Below are positions 63,153 to 64,000 of a stretch of DNA of 64,000 bases, piece after piece; the first letter of the stretch is position 1; each line of letters opens with the position of its first letter. A model generated the notes under the pieces. It saw only the letters and a list, made by a program, of their open reading frames with translations. It did not search any database and was not told the DNA's origin. The DNA is from Vicugna vicugna (lineage: Eukaryota). The DNA is taken from NCBI GenBank assembly GCA_013265495.1, contig MU061579.1, forward strand, positions 3,407,319-3,471,318. The letters run 5' to 3'. The position numbers were made by a program, and so were the translations under genes.

Positions 63153-64000
63153 ATAATGAAGAAAAGATGAGTTGGAGTCCATAATTTTAGGTCCCAATGG
63201 TTTTGAAAACTGTTAAGATATGAGCATTATAAGCAATGCTTTGTTGTGGCCTGGGCTGCCACTGCTCTTGTTCTGGAACACAAAATGGTGGGAGTCATTG
63301 GAAACCATCTTAGAATTTTTCTGCCACAATGTTTGCATATGTAATATGTGTGAGTTTTAGTTATACAGTGATCTAGCTGTCTTTAGTTGGTCTCACAAAT
63401 TTCTTAGGATGACTGACTTATTTAATATCCCACGAACTAAAAAAATATAAATTAAGACCAAGTTGCATAGGTAAAAACTATCAGATTAAGCCACTTTTCA
63501 GAAATAATGTATTAGTAGATGTAAAACTCCAAAGTGTAAAAATACCTTTTCATGGCTACATTTACTATAAAACTCTCTTTTATAAATATTTTATAGCCAC
63601 AATAAACTTATATTTCAAAGAAATTAATCAATATATATGGCCTTGGGAAACCCTGAGGGGAAAAAAAAAGAAAATGTATTTAAAATATAACAAAGCTTAA
63701 GCTGATTTTTTAAATGAAAGTTTGATCTTTATAATAAAGTGGTTTTTGCCCTATTAATATGTTTAACATACTTAAAAACCTACCTTAGAGTCAATAAATA
63801 ATTCTATATGGGCTAACAAGTCATTTAATTTTACTTTGTCTCTTAATTTGATTTACTTTAGTTCTTTTTAGTGAATTGTACTCTAGGTTAAAGGTATTCT
63901 TTTCAGTTGTTAGTATATACAATCAGAAGAGACAAATGGAGGGCATTTTGAAGGTATTTGTTATATTAAATCATATGTATTTCATTTTTAGTAAAAGTTA

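Noticed and set aside
1..64000. CRISPR array, operon or novel multi-gene system
   Set aside because: Mammalian repeat-rich non-coding DNA; no regularly spaced repeats with unique spacers, no gene-dense ORF structure and no intact transposase or RT frame.

Overview
AT-rich, CpG-poor eutherian mammal DNA, intergenic or deep intronic. I can support no protein-coding gene, RNA gene, CpG island or CRISPR array. The window is mostly interspersed-repeat fossils: old L1s (two ~3-4 kb copies), L2 and MIR fragments, MaLR (MLT1) solo LTRs including nested ones, an ERVL pol/integrase/dUTPase remnant, an LTR16-like LTR, an ERV1-type solo LTR, a near-full-length Tigger1, other Tigger and hAT elements, and microsatellites. 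Two copies of a tRNA-derived SINE resemble the camelid vic-1 family, which together with cetartiodactyl-type L1 3' ends suggests a camel, alpaca or llama genome (inference). The longer listed ORFs map to repeats or low-complexity DNA and none resembles a cellular protein. I found no new gene system. The most unusual signals are local rearrangement scars: a ~73-bp-arm near-perfect inverted repeat with a templated micro-inversion (25497-25689), a duplication/inverted-insert/duplication structure with 8-nt microhomology inside an L1 (57728-58753), a truncated SINE with a perfect 37-bp target-site duplication (23340-23494), and perfect hairpins at L1 junctions. Repeat family names come from my recall of consensus sequences, not from a database search, and boundaries of old elements are approximate.
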